DNA of 64,000 nt from an uncultured Phycisphaera sp. (GTDB lineage Bacteria > Planctomycetota > Phycisphaerae > UBA1845): NCBI GenBank assembly GCA_964501365.1, contig CAZCST010000017.1:25705-89704 (forward strand), in the 5' to 3' direction. The notes beneath the pieces are model-generated. The model was not told where the DNA came from and did not search any database. It was given only the letters and a program-made list of their open reading frames with translations. This document shows positions 1 through 9,028 of this stretch, one piece after another. Positions within the stretch are counted from its first letter, which is position 1. Every line of letters starts with the position of its first letter. Both the position numbers and the translations under genes were made by a program.

Positions 1-11
1 TCGAGACGAGA

Positions 12-395
12 GTGAATTCCAATCCGGTTGCCGCCATTCTGGATACCGGTTCGCCCGTTTGTTTCCTCGATACTCAGGCGGCAAACGCCTGTGGTGTGAA
101 GTTTGACGAATCGAACGCAAAGGAAGTCCACGGTCTGGATGCTGGTTCAGCGGCGGCTCGCAGAGGGCGGATCGGCGATTTCAGGATTGCCGATCGTACA
201 TTTCCTGACGCCGACGCCATGATAGGATCGCTTCCAGTGTTCGCCCCGCTTCGGGTTCACAACCAAAGCGTCGGCCTTTTGGGCAATTCGATCCTCTCCC
301 GCTTGAGCCGCTTGGTGATCGATTTTTCGACAAACCAAATCCGGTTTTTCCAACCGAATGATTCCACTTCGTCGGAAAAACCAATCGCGCCCTGA
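12..395 (+). CDS. retropepsin-like (clan AA) aspartic protease domain protein, probably 5'-truncated by the window edge
   Basis: The frame is open to the window start. It carries an 'AILDTGSP' D-T-G-S active-site-type motif with a hydrophobic 'LLGNSIL' segment downstream, as in bacterial retropepsin-like domains. Confidence 0.5.
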   Translation: MNSNPVAAILDTGSPVCFLDTQAANACGVKFDESNAKEVHGLDAGSAAARRGRIGDFRIADRTFPDADAMIGSLPVFAPLRVHNQSVGLLGNSILSRLSRLVIDFSTNQIRFFQPNDSTSSEKPIAP

Positions 396-481
396 TCTCC
401 TTTGCCGCAATTGGCGAGACATTCTGCCCATTTCGAGGCGCAGAATTCTCCGGTATTATTGCCGGGCAGGAGGAATGAATC

Positions 482-1021
482 ATGGCCACGCATACAGCAA
501 TCGAAAAAGGCGACAATGCAGCCTATCAGCAGAAGTTGATGGGCCTATTGGGCAACCGCGACCCCATCGAGGTATTGGGCAAAACGGCGGACGTGCTCGC
601 GACGTTCACGGACAAGAAATCGCCGGAAGTGTTGCGCACCCGGCCATTCCCCGGCAAGTGGACGCCCAACGAAATCATCGGGCATTTGAGCGACTCGGAA
701 TGGGTGTACGGCTTCCGCATCCGGCTGATCCTCTGCGAAGACAAGCCCACCATTCTGGGAATGGACCAGGACCTTTGGGTCGCCGGCCAGCGCCACAACG
801 ACCGTCAGCCCAAGGACCTCGTGGCCATGTTCCGCAACCTTCGCAGCGCCAACATCGCCTTGTGGAAGCAGATGACCCCTTCCGACCACAAGCGCTTCGG
901 CAGGCACAATGAACGGGGCGAGGAATCGCTGGGGGTGATGTTGAAGATGAACGCCGGCCACGATTTGTCGCACATCGATCAAATCACTCGCTACCTCAAA
1001 GCCATTCACGAGGCGAAGTAA
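482..1021 (+). CDS. DinB-superfamily (DinB_2-like) metal-binding protein
   Basis: 179 aa. His-containing helices ('EIIGHLSDSEW', 'NAGHDLSHIDQI') match the DinB four-helix-bundle His triad pattern. Confidence 0.65.
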   Translation: MATHTAIEKGDNAAYQQKLMGLLGNRDPIEVLGKTADVLATFTDKKSPEVLRTRPFPGKWTPNEIIGHLSDSEWVYGFRIRLILCEDKPTILGMDQDLWVAGQRHNDRQPKDLVAMFRNLRSANIALWKQMTPSDHKRFGRHNERGEESLGVMLKMNAGHDLSHIDQITRYLKAIHEAK

Positions 1022-1933
1022 TTGGAATCTGAGCGGCTCGGGCACGTTCCGGTACTCGCCAGCCAGGTCCTGGAGTTGCTGGCCCCCAAACCCGGCGACG
1101 TGGTTGTTGATGCGACGCTGGGCTTCGGCGGCCATGCAAGACTGCTGGCTGAGCGGATTGGCCCGCAAGGTCTCCTCATCGGGCTGGATGTTGACCCATC
1201 CAACCTTGCCCTGGCCCGGCAGCGCCTCGCCGAAGCCAACCTTCCCTGTCGCATGGAACTGATACACGCAAATTTTGCCGAACTGGAGGACGTTCTTGCC
1301 GCGCTCGGCTTGGAGGGCATTGACGTGCTGCTTGCCGACCTTGGTATCAGTTCCACCCAGCTTGACGATGCCAGTCGGGGCCTGTCCTTTCAGCGCGAAG
1401 GCCCGCTCGACATGCGGCTCGATCCCCGCCTGAAAGTCACTGCGACAACACTGATAAACAGCCTTCGTGAGCAGGACCTGGGCGATTTGCTCTTCCAAAA
1501 CGCGCAGGAATTCGGCGCCCGGCGGATCGCCAAGAAAATCTGTGAGGCCCGCCGCGATTCCCGCATCACCACGACTTTGCGACTCAGCGAGGTCGTCGCC
1601 GCCGCACTGGGCGTCAATCCCGAATCGCGGAAATCGAAAATCCACCCCGCCACAAAAACATTCATGGCCCTGCGAATGGCGGTGAATCAGGAAATCCGGA
1701 ATTTGAACGCCCTCCTGGAGTCTGCCCCGCGCATCCTGCGGCCTGGAGGACGCTTTGGCGTGATCGCGTTCCACAGCAATGAGGATAAGCCGGTGAAATT
1801 GGACTTTCGCAAGAGTAAGGCAGAAGGAATCTACCGGATTCTGACGAAAAAACCTCTGGTGGCTGACGAGGACGAACGCCGGCTCAATCCGCGCTCGCGC
1901 AGTGCGAAGCTGCGCGTCGCCGTGAGGGAGTAG
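1022..1933 (+). CDS. rsmH: 16S rRNA (cytosine1402-N4)-methyltransferase RsmH (MraW)
   Basis: 'HVPVL..EVLELL', 'VVDATLGFGGH', 'DLGISS.QLD', 'RGLSF...GPLDMRL' and 'FHS.ED' are all RsmH hallmarks. The TTG start abuts the TAA stop of the upstream gene. Confidence 0.93.
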   Translation: MESERLGHVPVLASQVLELLAPKPGDVVVDATLGFGGHARLLAERIGPQGLLIGLDVDPSNLALARQRLAEANLPCRMELIHANFAELEDVLAALGLEGIDVLLADLGISSTQLDDASRGLSFQREGPLDMRLDPRLKVTATTLINSLREQDLGDLLFQNAQEFGARRIAKKICEARRDSRITTTLRLSEVVAAALGVNPESRKSKIHPATKTFMALRMAVNQEIRNLNALLESAPRILRPGGRFGVIAFHSNEDKPVKLDFRKSKAEGIYRILTKKPLVADEDERRLNPRSRSAKLRVAVRE

Positions 1934-2034
1934 TCGGATTCCAGTTGCGCATCGACTGGATTCTTGCGGACGAGTTTTGTACTCTACGAACCTCAGTTGA
2001 GAACTACCGCCTACGGTCAGGGAGGACACGAGGA

Positions 2035-3165
2035 ATGGCTCGAGAAACCAAGGTCGGTTTGCTTGCGGGTCTGGCTTTCATCATCTGTTTTGCCGTGATC
2101 CTCGCGAATCGCGGGGTTAATTCGCCACCCGGTGCGGCGAATGCCTTCCTTCCCAACGGCGGCCTCGAACTACCGAAAGTGATGCAGCGAAATCCAGCCC
2201 CCGCACCGGCGCCCACAGCCAACATTGCCCGAAATCGCGCACCGGTCGTCAGACCGCCCGTCCAGCAACCTGCTGCGAATCAGCCCGGCACACACCTCGC
2301 CGCGAACGAGGCCGTACCCGGAACTGGAGCACAACTCCCGCTCGGAGCAACCCCGGAGCCGATGCCCGCGCGCCCCGACTCCTCGCTGGTGCTCAACACA
2401 CGGCCGATTGACCCTCCCGCCAATCCCAATGCCGGGATGGAGCGAACGCCGATAGCGGGCTCCCGTCCGGAATACGTTTTGCGTAACGATGCCACGTCTC
2501 CGACGATGACCGCAACCCCTTCACCCGCCAGCCAGCCGATCGGCCTACCGACAGGTCTGGTACAGCCCCCCCCGTCACAGCCGGCTCCGCCGGTCCAGGG
2601 CACGCCCTACACAGTGAAAGCCAGTGACACGCTGTCGAGCATCGCCGCCGCTCACTTGGGCTCGAAATCAAAGAAGGCGGTCGAGTCCATTTTCGAAGCC
2701 AATCGCAATGTAATGGCCGACATAAACAGTTTGAAGGTCGGTACGGTGTTGATGATTCCCAAGCCCGCTCCGGTTGCCTCCGAGAAGGCACAACCCGCAG
2801 AAGCCGGTCTTGCGCCGGGCAAACCGACACCCGCATCAGAGAAAGTGGCACAGTCAAAGGACAAGGAAGCTGATAAGCCCGCCTCGAAGAAGGACGTCGC
2901 CGAAAAGAAACCAGCGAAAAAGGCTGACGAGCAAGTCGCAGGCAACGACAAGAATCCAGCCAATATCAAATGGTATCAGGTCAAGAAGAACGACCGTTTC
3001 GCCAGTATCGCCCGCGATCAGCTTGGCGATGCCGGCCGCTGGCATGAAGTCTACGAAATGAACAAGGACAAGTTCCCCGATCCGCAAAAAATCCGCGAAG
3101 GCGTACGGATCAAGCTCCCGCCGGCGACCACGCTCGCTGCGGCTGGTAAGGAGAAGGGCCGTTGA
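2035..3165 (+). CDS. single-pass membrane protein with a Pro/Ala-rich spacer and two LysM peptidoglycan-binding domains
   Basis: ATG at 2035 is preceded by GGAGGA. N-terminal TM segment 'VGLLAGLAFIICFAVILA'. LysM-like units 'YTVKASDTLSSIAAAHLG...GTVLMIP' and 'YQVKKNDRFASIARDQLGD...GVRIKLP'. The stop overlaps the next start (TTGA). Confidence 0.75.
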   Translation: MARETKVGLLAGLAFIICFAVILANRGVNSPPGAANAFLPNGGLELPKVMQRNPAPAPAPTANIARNRAPVVRPPVQQPAANQPGTHLAANEAVPGTGAQLPLGATPEPMPARPDSSLVLNTRPIDPPANPNAGMERTPIAGSRPEYVLRNDATSPTMTATPSPASQPIGLPTGLVQPPPSQPAPPVQGTPYTVKASDTLSSIAAAHLGSKSKKAVESIFEANRNVMADINSLKVGTVLMIPKPAPVASEKAQPAEAGLAPGKPTPASEKVAQSKDKEADKPASKKDVAEKKPAKKADEQVAGNDKNPANIKWYQVKKNDRFASIARDQLGDAGRWHEVYEMNKDKFPDPQKIREGVRIKLPPATTLAAAGKEKGR

Positions 3166-3527
3166 GCGTTCGACGCGGCGCCACGCTACTCGCCGTATTT
3201 GCCTCGCTGGCTCTGGCGGTGGTTCACCTCCGCGCCGAACAGACGCGGTCCGCCTCCGCAAAACTGAGGCTGGAATCAGAGTGGGTCCGGCTGCGCAGCG
3301 AGCTGTGGGGAGTGCAAACGCGGATGGCTCGCGCACGAGCGCCAGACCGAATTCATGACCGTGCGACCTATCTGGCAACCGGCCTGGTGCCGCCCGGAAC
3401 CAAGGAAGAAATCAAGAAAGACGAGGTTGAACGCGTGGCCGTTCAATCTCCCGCCAAACGAGGCCGATCCGCCCCCGCTCATGCGCCGCATCGCGATCCT
3501 CGAAGCAAATCCCCTCGCTCGGAGTAA
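3162..3527 (+). CDS. FtsL-like small bitopic cell-division protein (positional and topological call)
   Basis: 121 aa with an N-terminal TM ('LLAVFASLALAVVHL') followed by a coiled-coil-like segment. It sits between rsmH and ftsI as ftsL does in dcw clusters. No sequence motif was recognised. Confidence 0.45.
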   Translation: MSVRRGATLLAVFASLALAVVHLRAEQTRSASAKLRLESEWVRLRSELWGVQTRMARARAPDRIHDRATYLATGLVPPGTKEEIKKDEVERVAVQSPAKRGRSAPAHAPHRDPRSKSPRSE

Positions 3528-3533
3528 TCACCC

Positions 3534-5288
3534 GTGCCGCCTGATTTTCAACGAAGCCCCTTCCGGCCTCGCATGGCTGTCTTCATGCTCAGCTGCCTGA
3601 TGGCTCTCCTTTTGGGCCTGGGCGGAAAACTCTGGTACATCAACACGGCCATGCGCGAAAAGCTCATTTCCCGCGCAGAGGAACAGCGTCGCAGCGCGTC
3701 TGTCATCCCGGCACGCCGTGGAATGATCATGGATCGCAAGGGACGCGTCGTCGCCGCAACGGAATTTCTGTCGGACGTCTTTGTGGACCCCTCCCGCGTG
3801 AAGGACGTGGATGCACTGGCCCAGAAACTCGCCCCGCCGCTGAATCTCCCGGCCGATCGCATCGCCGCAAAAATCAGGCAGAGGGAGAAATCACAATTTG
3901 TCGTGCTGGCGACTCGCGTGGATGAAATCACGGAAAGTGCTGTCCGCGCGATCAACGATCCGGCCGTCGGCCTCGATTCCCACCCCGTCCGCACCTATCC
4001 GCTGGGAAGTTCCATGGCCCATGTCCTAGGCTGGGTGGGCCGCGACGGCAGCGGCATGGAGGGCGTCGAATTGCAATACGACGCGCAGCTTCGAGGAACC
4101 CCGGGGCGAAGGGCGACGATACGAGATGTTCATCGCCGGGGAATCATGCCGGCCGACGAGGGCGATGTCGCGCCGAAGGACGGCGGGCACGTCGTCCTCA
4201 CCGTGGACGCCGAGCTCCAGCGAATCACCGAAAGCGCCCTCGAACGCGGGGTCCGAAAGGTCCAGGCCCAAAGCGGAGTCGCCGTCGTAATGTCGCCCGG
4301 CACAGGCGAAGTCCTTTCGATGGCTTGTTATCCCGGTTTTGACCCGGCCGCCGCAAGCGAAGCACCCGCCAAACTGCGCCGCAACCGGGTCGTCACCGAT
4401 CCGACCGAACCCGGAAGCACCTTCAAGCCCTTCATCGCCAGTGGAGCACTGGAAGGGTCCTTTATTTCTCTCACCGAGAAGATCGATTGCCACATGGGGC
4501 AAAAATACTTCGGGAGCCGCCTTATCAAGGACGTCAAGAAGTGCGGCATGCTCGACCTTCGCGGCATCCTCACTTACAGCAGCAACATTGGCATGTCCAC
4601 GATCGCGGAACGAATGGGCAATCCCACGTTGCACAATACCATCCGGCGGTTTGGGTTCGGAACCAAAACAGGAATCGAATATCCCGGTGAGGCGGACGGA
4701 CTCGTGCGACCGCTGAAAAAATGGGGCTACCTCTCCACGCAATCGGTGGCCATGGGATATGAAATTGCGACAACACCCCTGCAGCTGGCGACCGCCTTCA
4801 GCGCCATCGTCAACGACGGCGTCCTCCTCAAGCCCAGGCTGGTGCACCAAACCCTCAGCGCCGAGGGCGACGTGCTTGCTGATAACAGTCATCCCATCGT
4901 GGTGAATCGCGTCATCACGTCAAAAACCGCTCAGCTGCTCACGCAGGATTTGCTGGCCTCGGTTGTCGAAGAGGGTAGCGGCAAGCTCGCCAAACTCGAT
5001 CACTACAAAGTCTCCGGCAAGAGCGGGACGGCCAAACTGCCATTCGAAAATCACAAGGGCTATGAGCCGGGCGCCTACATGGGCGCGTTTCTGGGGGCGT
5101 CCTCAATTCGGCCCAACGAAACGCCGGAACTGGCGGTCTTGGTCATGATCCGCCGCCCTGACCCGGCCCTTGGATACTACGGCGGGGCCGTGGCCGCACC
5201 CGTCGTCGGCGAAATCCTCCAATACTCGCTCGCCTATCTCCAGGTCGAACCCGACGAGACCATGCTCGCAACCGTCGACCAAAACTAA
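3534..5288 (+). CDS. ftsI: peptidoglycan D,D-transpeptidase, class B PBP (FtsI/PBP3-like)
   Basis: N-terminal TM plus PBP dimerisation region. Transpeptidase motifs 'STFKP' (SxxK), 'SSN' and 'KSGTA' (KTG-type). Lies in dcw context after rsmH. Confidence 0.9.
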   Translation: MPPDFQRSPFRPRMAVFMLSCLMALLLGLGGKLWYINTAMREKLISRAEEQRRSASVIPARRGMIMDRKGRVVAATEFLSDVFVDPSRVKDVDALAQKLAPPLNLPADRIAAKIRQREKSQFVVLATRVDEITESAVRAINDPAVGLDSHPVRTYPLGSSMAHVLGWVGRDGSGMEGVELQYDAQLRGTPGRRATIRDVHRRGIMPADEGDVAPKDGGHVVLTVDAELQRITESALERGVRKVQAQSGVAVVMSPGTGEVLSMACYPGFDPAAASEAPAKLRRNRVVTDPTEPGSTFKPFIASGALEGSFISLTEKIDCHMGQKYFGSRLIKDVKKCGMLDLRGILTYSSNIGMSTIAERMGNPTLHNTIRRFGFGTKTGIEYPGEADGLVRPLKKWGYLSTQSVAMGYEIATTPLQLATAFSAIVNDGVLLKPRLVHQTLSAEGDVLADNSHPIVVNRVITSKTAQLLTQDLLASVVEEGSGKLAKLDHYKVSGKSGTAKLPFENHKGYEPGAYMGAFLGASSIRPNETPELAVLVMIRRPDPALGYYGGAVAAPVVGEILQYSLAYLQVEPDETMLATVDQN

Positions 5289-5309
5289 CCCTGCTTCAGT
5301 TTTGCTCTT

Positions 5310-5332
5310 GCGAACCGCAAACTTCCGTTCGC
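5310..5332. repeat. GCGAAC...GTTCGC hairpin repeat (long-loop variant)
   Basis: gcgaac-N11-gttcgc lies 22 nt after the ftsI stop. It is related by flanks (cgcgcgaacgg) to the copies at 36187, 38665 and 43559. Confidence 0.5.
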
Positions 5333-5624
5333 GCGGATTCACAACCCTTGTCAAAGGAACCCGGGCGAAAAGGCGCGGAAAGGGGGCCTTCGCAGGGAGC
5401 TCCTGTGCGGTCGTTCGAGTCCTCGAAAGATGGGCTGTTCCTTGTCCGTCCATCACCCTTAATAACATGACAGGCGCGCGCTGATTTGTGGCGATTTGCA
5501 ATCACATAGATTTGGAGTGCCAGGAACTCATGGCCCCACCTTTGATAAGGCTGAAGATGGCCACCCGCCCAAGGATCAAGAAGACCGACGAGTCGCAGCG
5601 GGCAGAGCACGCCCTACGACTGCT

Positions 5625-7544
5625 CTATTGACCGGCGAATGCATTCTGAACGATCGCAGAATCGACAAGGTCAACGTCGAGGTCATGGTCCAGGTCCAAC
5701 AAGTGCCACCCCGTGACACTCGGCCACTGTCCAGGCCCGGCCATGCGCTCCGCCAGCGCCGCCAGGTCCTTTTCATCAATCATCCGATCGCCGTCGTAGT
5801 CGCCCCATAGCCATGGAGGCAGCGGCGGCGTCACCCTGATACCCAGACTGTGGCCATCGCCCGCGGCGATGGCGACGAAGTCGGTGTTAGGAGCTGGAGC
5901 GTTGATCTCCCCATGATAGTTGGCGCCCCATCCTACGACGGACCTGTCCTCTTTCAGGCCCAAGCTGTGGACCGCACCCGCCGCGACTGCGATGTAATTT
6001 GTATTGGGCGCAGGGACGTCAATTTGACCGTATCCGTTGAACCCCCACGCGACGATGGAGCCATCAGACTTGAGACCAAGACTATGCCCCCCACCTCCAG
6101 CGACGTCCACGAACTCTGCATTGGCATCAGGGACACCAGCCTCACCGCCCCATGCGAAAATCGATCCGTCAGCCTTGAGACCCAGACTGTGATTTGCGCC
6201 TGTGGCGATGGCTACGAAGCCCATATTTGGCTTGGGGACGTCACATTGACCGTAGTTGTGCGGGCTTCCACATCCCCAGGCGACGATGGAGCCATCGGAC
6301 GTGAGGGCGAGACTGTGAAACTCCCCCGCGGCGGCAGCAACGAAGCCTGTGTTAGGCGCGGGTACGTTGGTTTGCCCAGCGTAATTCGGTCCCCAAGCCA
6401 CAATCGAGCCGTCGGCCTTAACCCCTAAATTATGTTGCTGGCCTGTAGCGACAGCGATGAAGCCCGAGTTAGGCGTGGGGATGTTGGTTTGACCCCAGCT
6501 GTTGTCTCCCCACGCCACGATGGAACCGTCGGCCTTGAGACCCAGACTGTGCCACTCGTTTGTCGCGACCGCGACGAATCCGGTGTTGGGGGCGGGGACA
6601 TTGATTTGACCGTAGGAGTTGTATCCCCAAGTCACAATCGAACCGTCGCTCTTGAGCCCCAAACTTTGCTCCTGGCCCGCAGCAATGGCAACGAAGCCCG
6701 TGTTGGGGGAAGGAACGTTGATTGCATGGTTGGGTGCTCCCCAAGCTACTATGGATCCATCAGCTTTCAGGCCCAGACTGTGATAAACGCCCGCTGCGAC
6801 GGCAATAAAATCGGCATTGGGGGAGGGAACATCAGCTTGTCCGTGGTCGTTGAATCCCCAGCCCACAATGGAGCCGTCGGCCTTAAGGCCCAGGCAGTGA
6901 AGGGCGCCCGCGGCGACGGCGATGAAATCCGCGTTTGGGTCTGGGACTGCAAGTTGTCCGTAACTGTTGCCGCCCCAACCCACAATCGAGCCGTCGTCTT
7001 TCAAGCCCAGACTGTAACTATCGCCCGCGGCGACGGCGATAAAGCTTGTGTTCGGCGCCGGGACGATGAGTTGACCAGAGTAATTATATCCCCATGCTTC
7101 GATGGAACCGTCGGCCTTCAAACCCAGATTGTGAAACCCGCCCGCGGCCACGGCGACAAAGTTGCTATTGGGGGCAGGGAGGTTTGTTTGACCGTACCTG
7201 TCGTCCCCCCATGCCACAATGGAGCCATCAGACTTGAGTCCAAGGCTGTGATACCGCCCTGCGGACACAGCGATGAAGCCTTGCGAAAGGTCACCACCCA
7301 CGACCTGATCCCCCCAGCCGACAATGGAACCGCCTTGCGCCGGGCCGGGCGGAAGACGTTGCCACCCAAGTTCCTCAGGTAAGACAGTTCCTTCGTGAGA
7401 TATGACCTGCGCGGGCGCAACCTCGCAGACGGCCAAGGTCCAGAAGAGAGCTGCGAATGGCCACTTACACCGCGCGAAGCAGCGCCCAGCGACCAGCGCG
7501 ATAGGGCGTCGGGCTGGAACCCCCGACAAACAGGACTCAAACAT
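5625..7544 (-). CDS. secreted RCC1-like beta-propeller repeat protein with C-terminal dockerin-like Ca-binding module
   Basis: Signal-peptide-like N-terminus. 13 hand-counted ~39-aa repeats ('F[IV]A[VI]AAG..HSLGLK.DGSIVAWG.N.YGQ..VP.PN'). C-terminus 'GDYDGDRMIDEKDL...LDLDHDLDVDLVD' resembles a type I dockerin repeat pair. Confidence 0.85.
   Translation of the reverse strand: MFESCLSGVPARRPIALVAGRCFARCKWPFAALFWTLAVCEVAPAQVISHEGTVLPEELGWQRLPPGPAQGGSIVGWGDQVVGGDLSQGFIAVSAGRYHSLGLKSDGSIVAWGDDRYGQTNLPAPNSNFVAVAAGGFHNLGLKADGSIEAWGYNYSGQLIVPAPNTSFIAVAAGDSYSLGLKDDGSIVGWGGNSYGQLAVPDPNADFIAVAAGALHCLGLKADGSIVGWGFNDHGQADVPSPNADFIAVAAGVYHSLGLKADGSIVAWGAPNHAINVPSPNTGFVAIAAGQEQSLGLKSDGSIVTWGYNSYGQINVPAPNTGFVAVATNEWHSLGLKADGSIVAWGDNSWGQTNIPTPNSGFIAVATGQQHNLGVKADGSIVAWGPNYAGQTNVPAPNTGFVAAAAGEFHSLALTSDGSIVAWGCGSPHNYGQCDVPKPNMGFVAIATGANHSLGLKADGSIFAWGGEAGVPDANAEFVDVAGGGGHSLGLKSDGSIVAWGFNGYGQIDVPAPNTNYIAVAAGAVHSLGLKEDRSVVGWGANYHGEINAPAPNTDFVAIAAGDGHSLGIRVTPPLPPWLWGDYDGDRMIDEKDLAALAERMAGPGQWPSVTGWHLLDLDHDLDVDLVDSAIVQNAFAGQ
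5843..7277 (-). repeat. intragenic tandem array, 13 x ~117 nt (RCC1-like blades)
   Basis: Periodicity is visible in both protein and DNA (recurring ggagccatc.gac.t.ag.cc.ag.ctgtg blocks). Confidence 0.8.
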
Positions 7545-7902
7545 GAGACGCTATCCCCTTGACTCGGCGGCGACCCATTTTAGCAAGATTCCTCGCTGGA
7601 AGCCACAGGTATCCATGAAGAGACTGTCCGGAGTCAATACGCTTTTCGCATCATCGCACCTTCCTATCGGCGTCAGCCGGGTAGGAAGGGCTATGCCCGC
7701 CGCAACTCGTCACCCCGTAATGAAAAGCAAGCGGAGTCCGCACTATCGATGCGCAATTCGTCATTCCGTTGTTCGAGATTTACGACATTTTCTTGTCGTC
7801 GAACGCACACCGATGGCGTGCGGAGCCCGCCCCATATCGACGTGACCGATTTCGCACTGCTCGCAGAGATCTGGCATGCCAAGGGCGACTACGATGAGCC
7901 TG

Positions 7903-8910
7903 CTAAAGGGTCTCTTCGACTTCTGCCAACCGCGTAACCTTGAGTGCGACGTGTTCCTTGTTGCGTCCCAGCCGGCCCGCAAACTTGTTCTTACCCTCGA
8001 CTTGAAGCACCATTTCGCTGGAAACCGGCTTGGTCGTCTGCAGGATATCCCCCACTTGCAGGTTGGCCAGATCGCCAAGCGTCATGGAAGTCTCCGCAAG
8101 ATATCCCACGACGTCGACTTCGGTGGCACTGAGCGACTGGGCGATGTCCTCCGATCGATCGTCGGCCTGCGCCCGGCGCTGATAGGCCACCCAGCCCTGC
8201 GAAAGCAGCTTGTCCATTACCGGCTCAATGACGTTGTAGGGCATGCACAGGCTCATCGTGCCCGCCCGCCCGCTCATCTTGATCTCAAACCCCAGTACGA
8301 TCACGACTTCGTTGGGCGCGACGATCTGGACGAGGTGCGGATTGCTCTCCACCTCAACAATCTTGAAAGTAAGATCCTGGAGGCCCGACCACGACTCGCG
8401 GAGCACCTGCAAAGCCTTGTCCGTGATGCGACCGACCAGCCGCTGCTCGATGAGCGTCAGTGGCCGCTGCGGGATGAAAATCTCGGAGTTCGATCCGCCC
8501 AGCAGTCGGTCGATGATCGGATAGATGATCAGCGGGCTGAGCTCAAGGCACATCTGCCCTTCGAGAGGCTCGGCCGTCAACAGATTGAAATTCGTCGGGT
8601 TCGGAAGCGAATGAATGAACTCGATGTACGTAAGCTGTTCCGCCGTGGCCACGCGGATTTCAACAATCGTGCGCAGAAAGCCGGACAGGTACGCCCCCAG
8701 ATTACGCGCAAAAGTCTCATGCACGGCCTCAAGCGCCCGCATCTGCTCCTTGCTGACGCGCTCGGGCCGCTTGAAGTCGTAAAGCACGACGTCCTTGTCA
8801 CCCGGAGGCGCAGTCGACTCCGAAACTGTCTCCGATGCCGTCGCCACATTGCCGGCCTCCACCGCCGCAATCAGCGAATCAATTTCCGATTGTTCAAGTA
8901 CGTCCACCAT
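7903..8910 (-). CDS. fliM: flagellar motor switch protein FliM
   Basis: N-terminal CheY-P-binding-type peptide 'LEQSEIDSLI'. 'YDFKRPERVSKEQMRALE..HE.FAR.L...L' is the FliM core. C-terminal SpoA-like region 'LANLQVGDIL'. Confidence 0.88.
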   Translation of the reverse strand: MVDVLEQSEIDSLIAAVEAGNVATASETVSESTAPPGDKDVVLYDFKRPERVSKEQMRALEAVHETFARNLGAYLSGFLRTIVEIRVATAEQLTYIEFIHSLPNPTNFNLLTAEPLEGQMCLELSPLIIYPIIDRLLGGSNSEIFIPQRPLTLIEQRLVGRITDKALQVLRESWSGLQDLTFKIVEVESNPHLVQIVAPNEVVIVLGFEIKMSGRAGTMSLCMPYNVIEPVMDKLLSQGWVAYQRRAQADDRSEDIAQSLSATEVDVVGYLAETSMTLGDLANLQVGDILQTTKPVSSEMVLQVEGKNKFAGRLGRNKEHVALKVTRLAEVEETL

Positions 8911-9028
8911 GGTGTCCTATGATCTCTTTCGACGGACGGCTTCCTTCCGCTCCAATGGATGCGTGCGCGCAAACTCTCCCTTCGCATGTTATCGGAACCA
9001 AATCAAACAAAACTTGAAGCCGATACGA

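Noticed and set aside
545-2029. 494-aa minus-strand ORF
   Set aside because: It is antisense to the well-supported DinB-like and rsmH genes. Its low-complexity Arg/Ala/Gly-rich translation has no recognisable motifs, the typical shadow ORF of GC-rich DNA.
7749-7937. 62-aa plus-strand ORF with a dockerin-like 'HIDVTDFALLAEIW' segment
   Set aside because: It is very short, has no start context and overlaps the fliM 3' end. It may be a relic, but there is not enough evidence to call it.
7876-8922. 348-aa plus-strand ORF
   Set aside because: It is exactly antisense to fliM, which has strong family motifs. The plus-frame product is Arg/Leu-rich with no motif.
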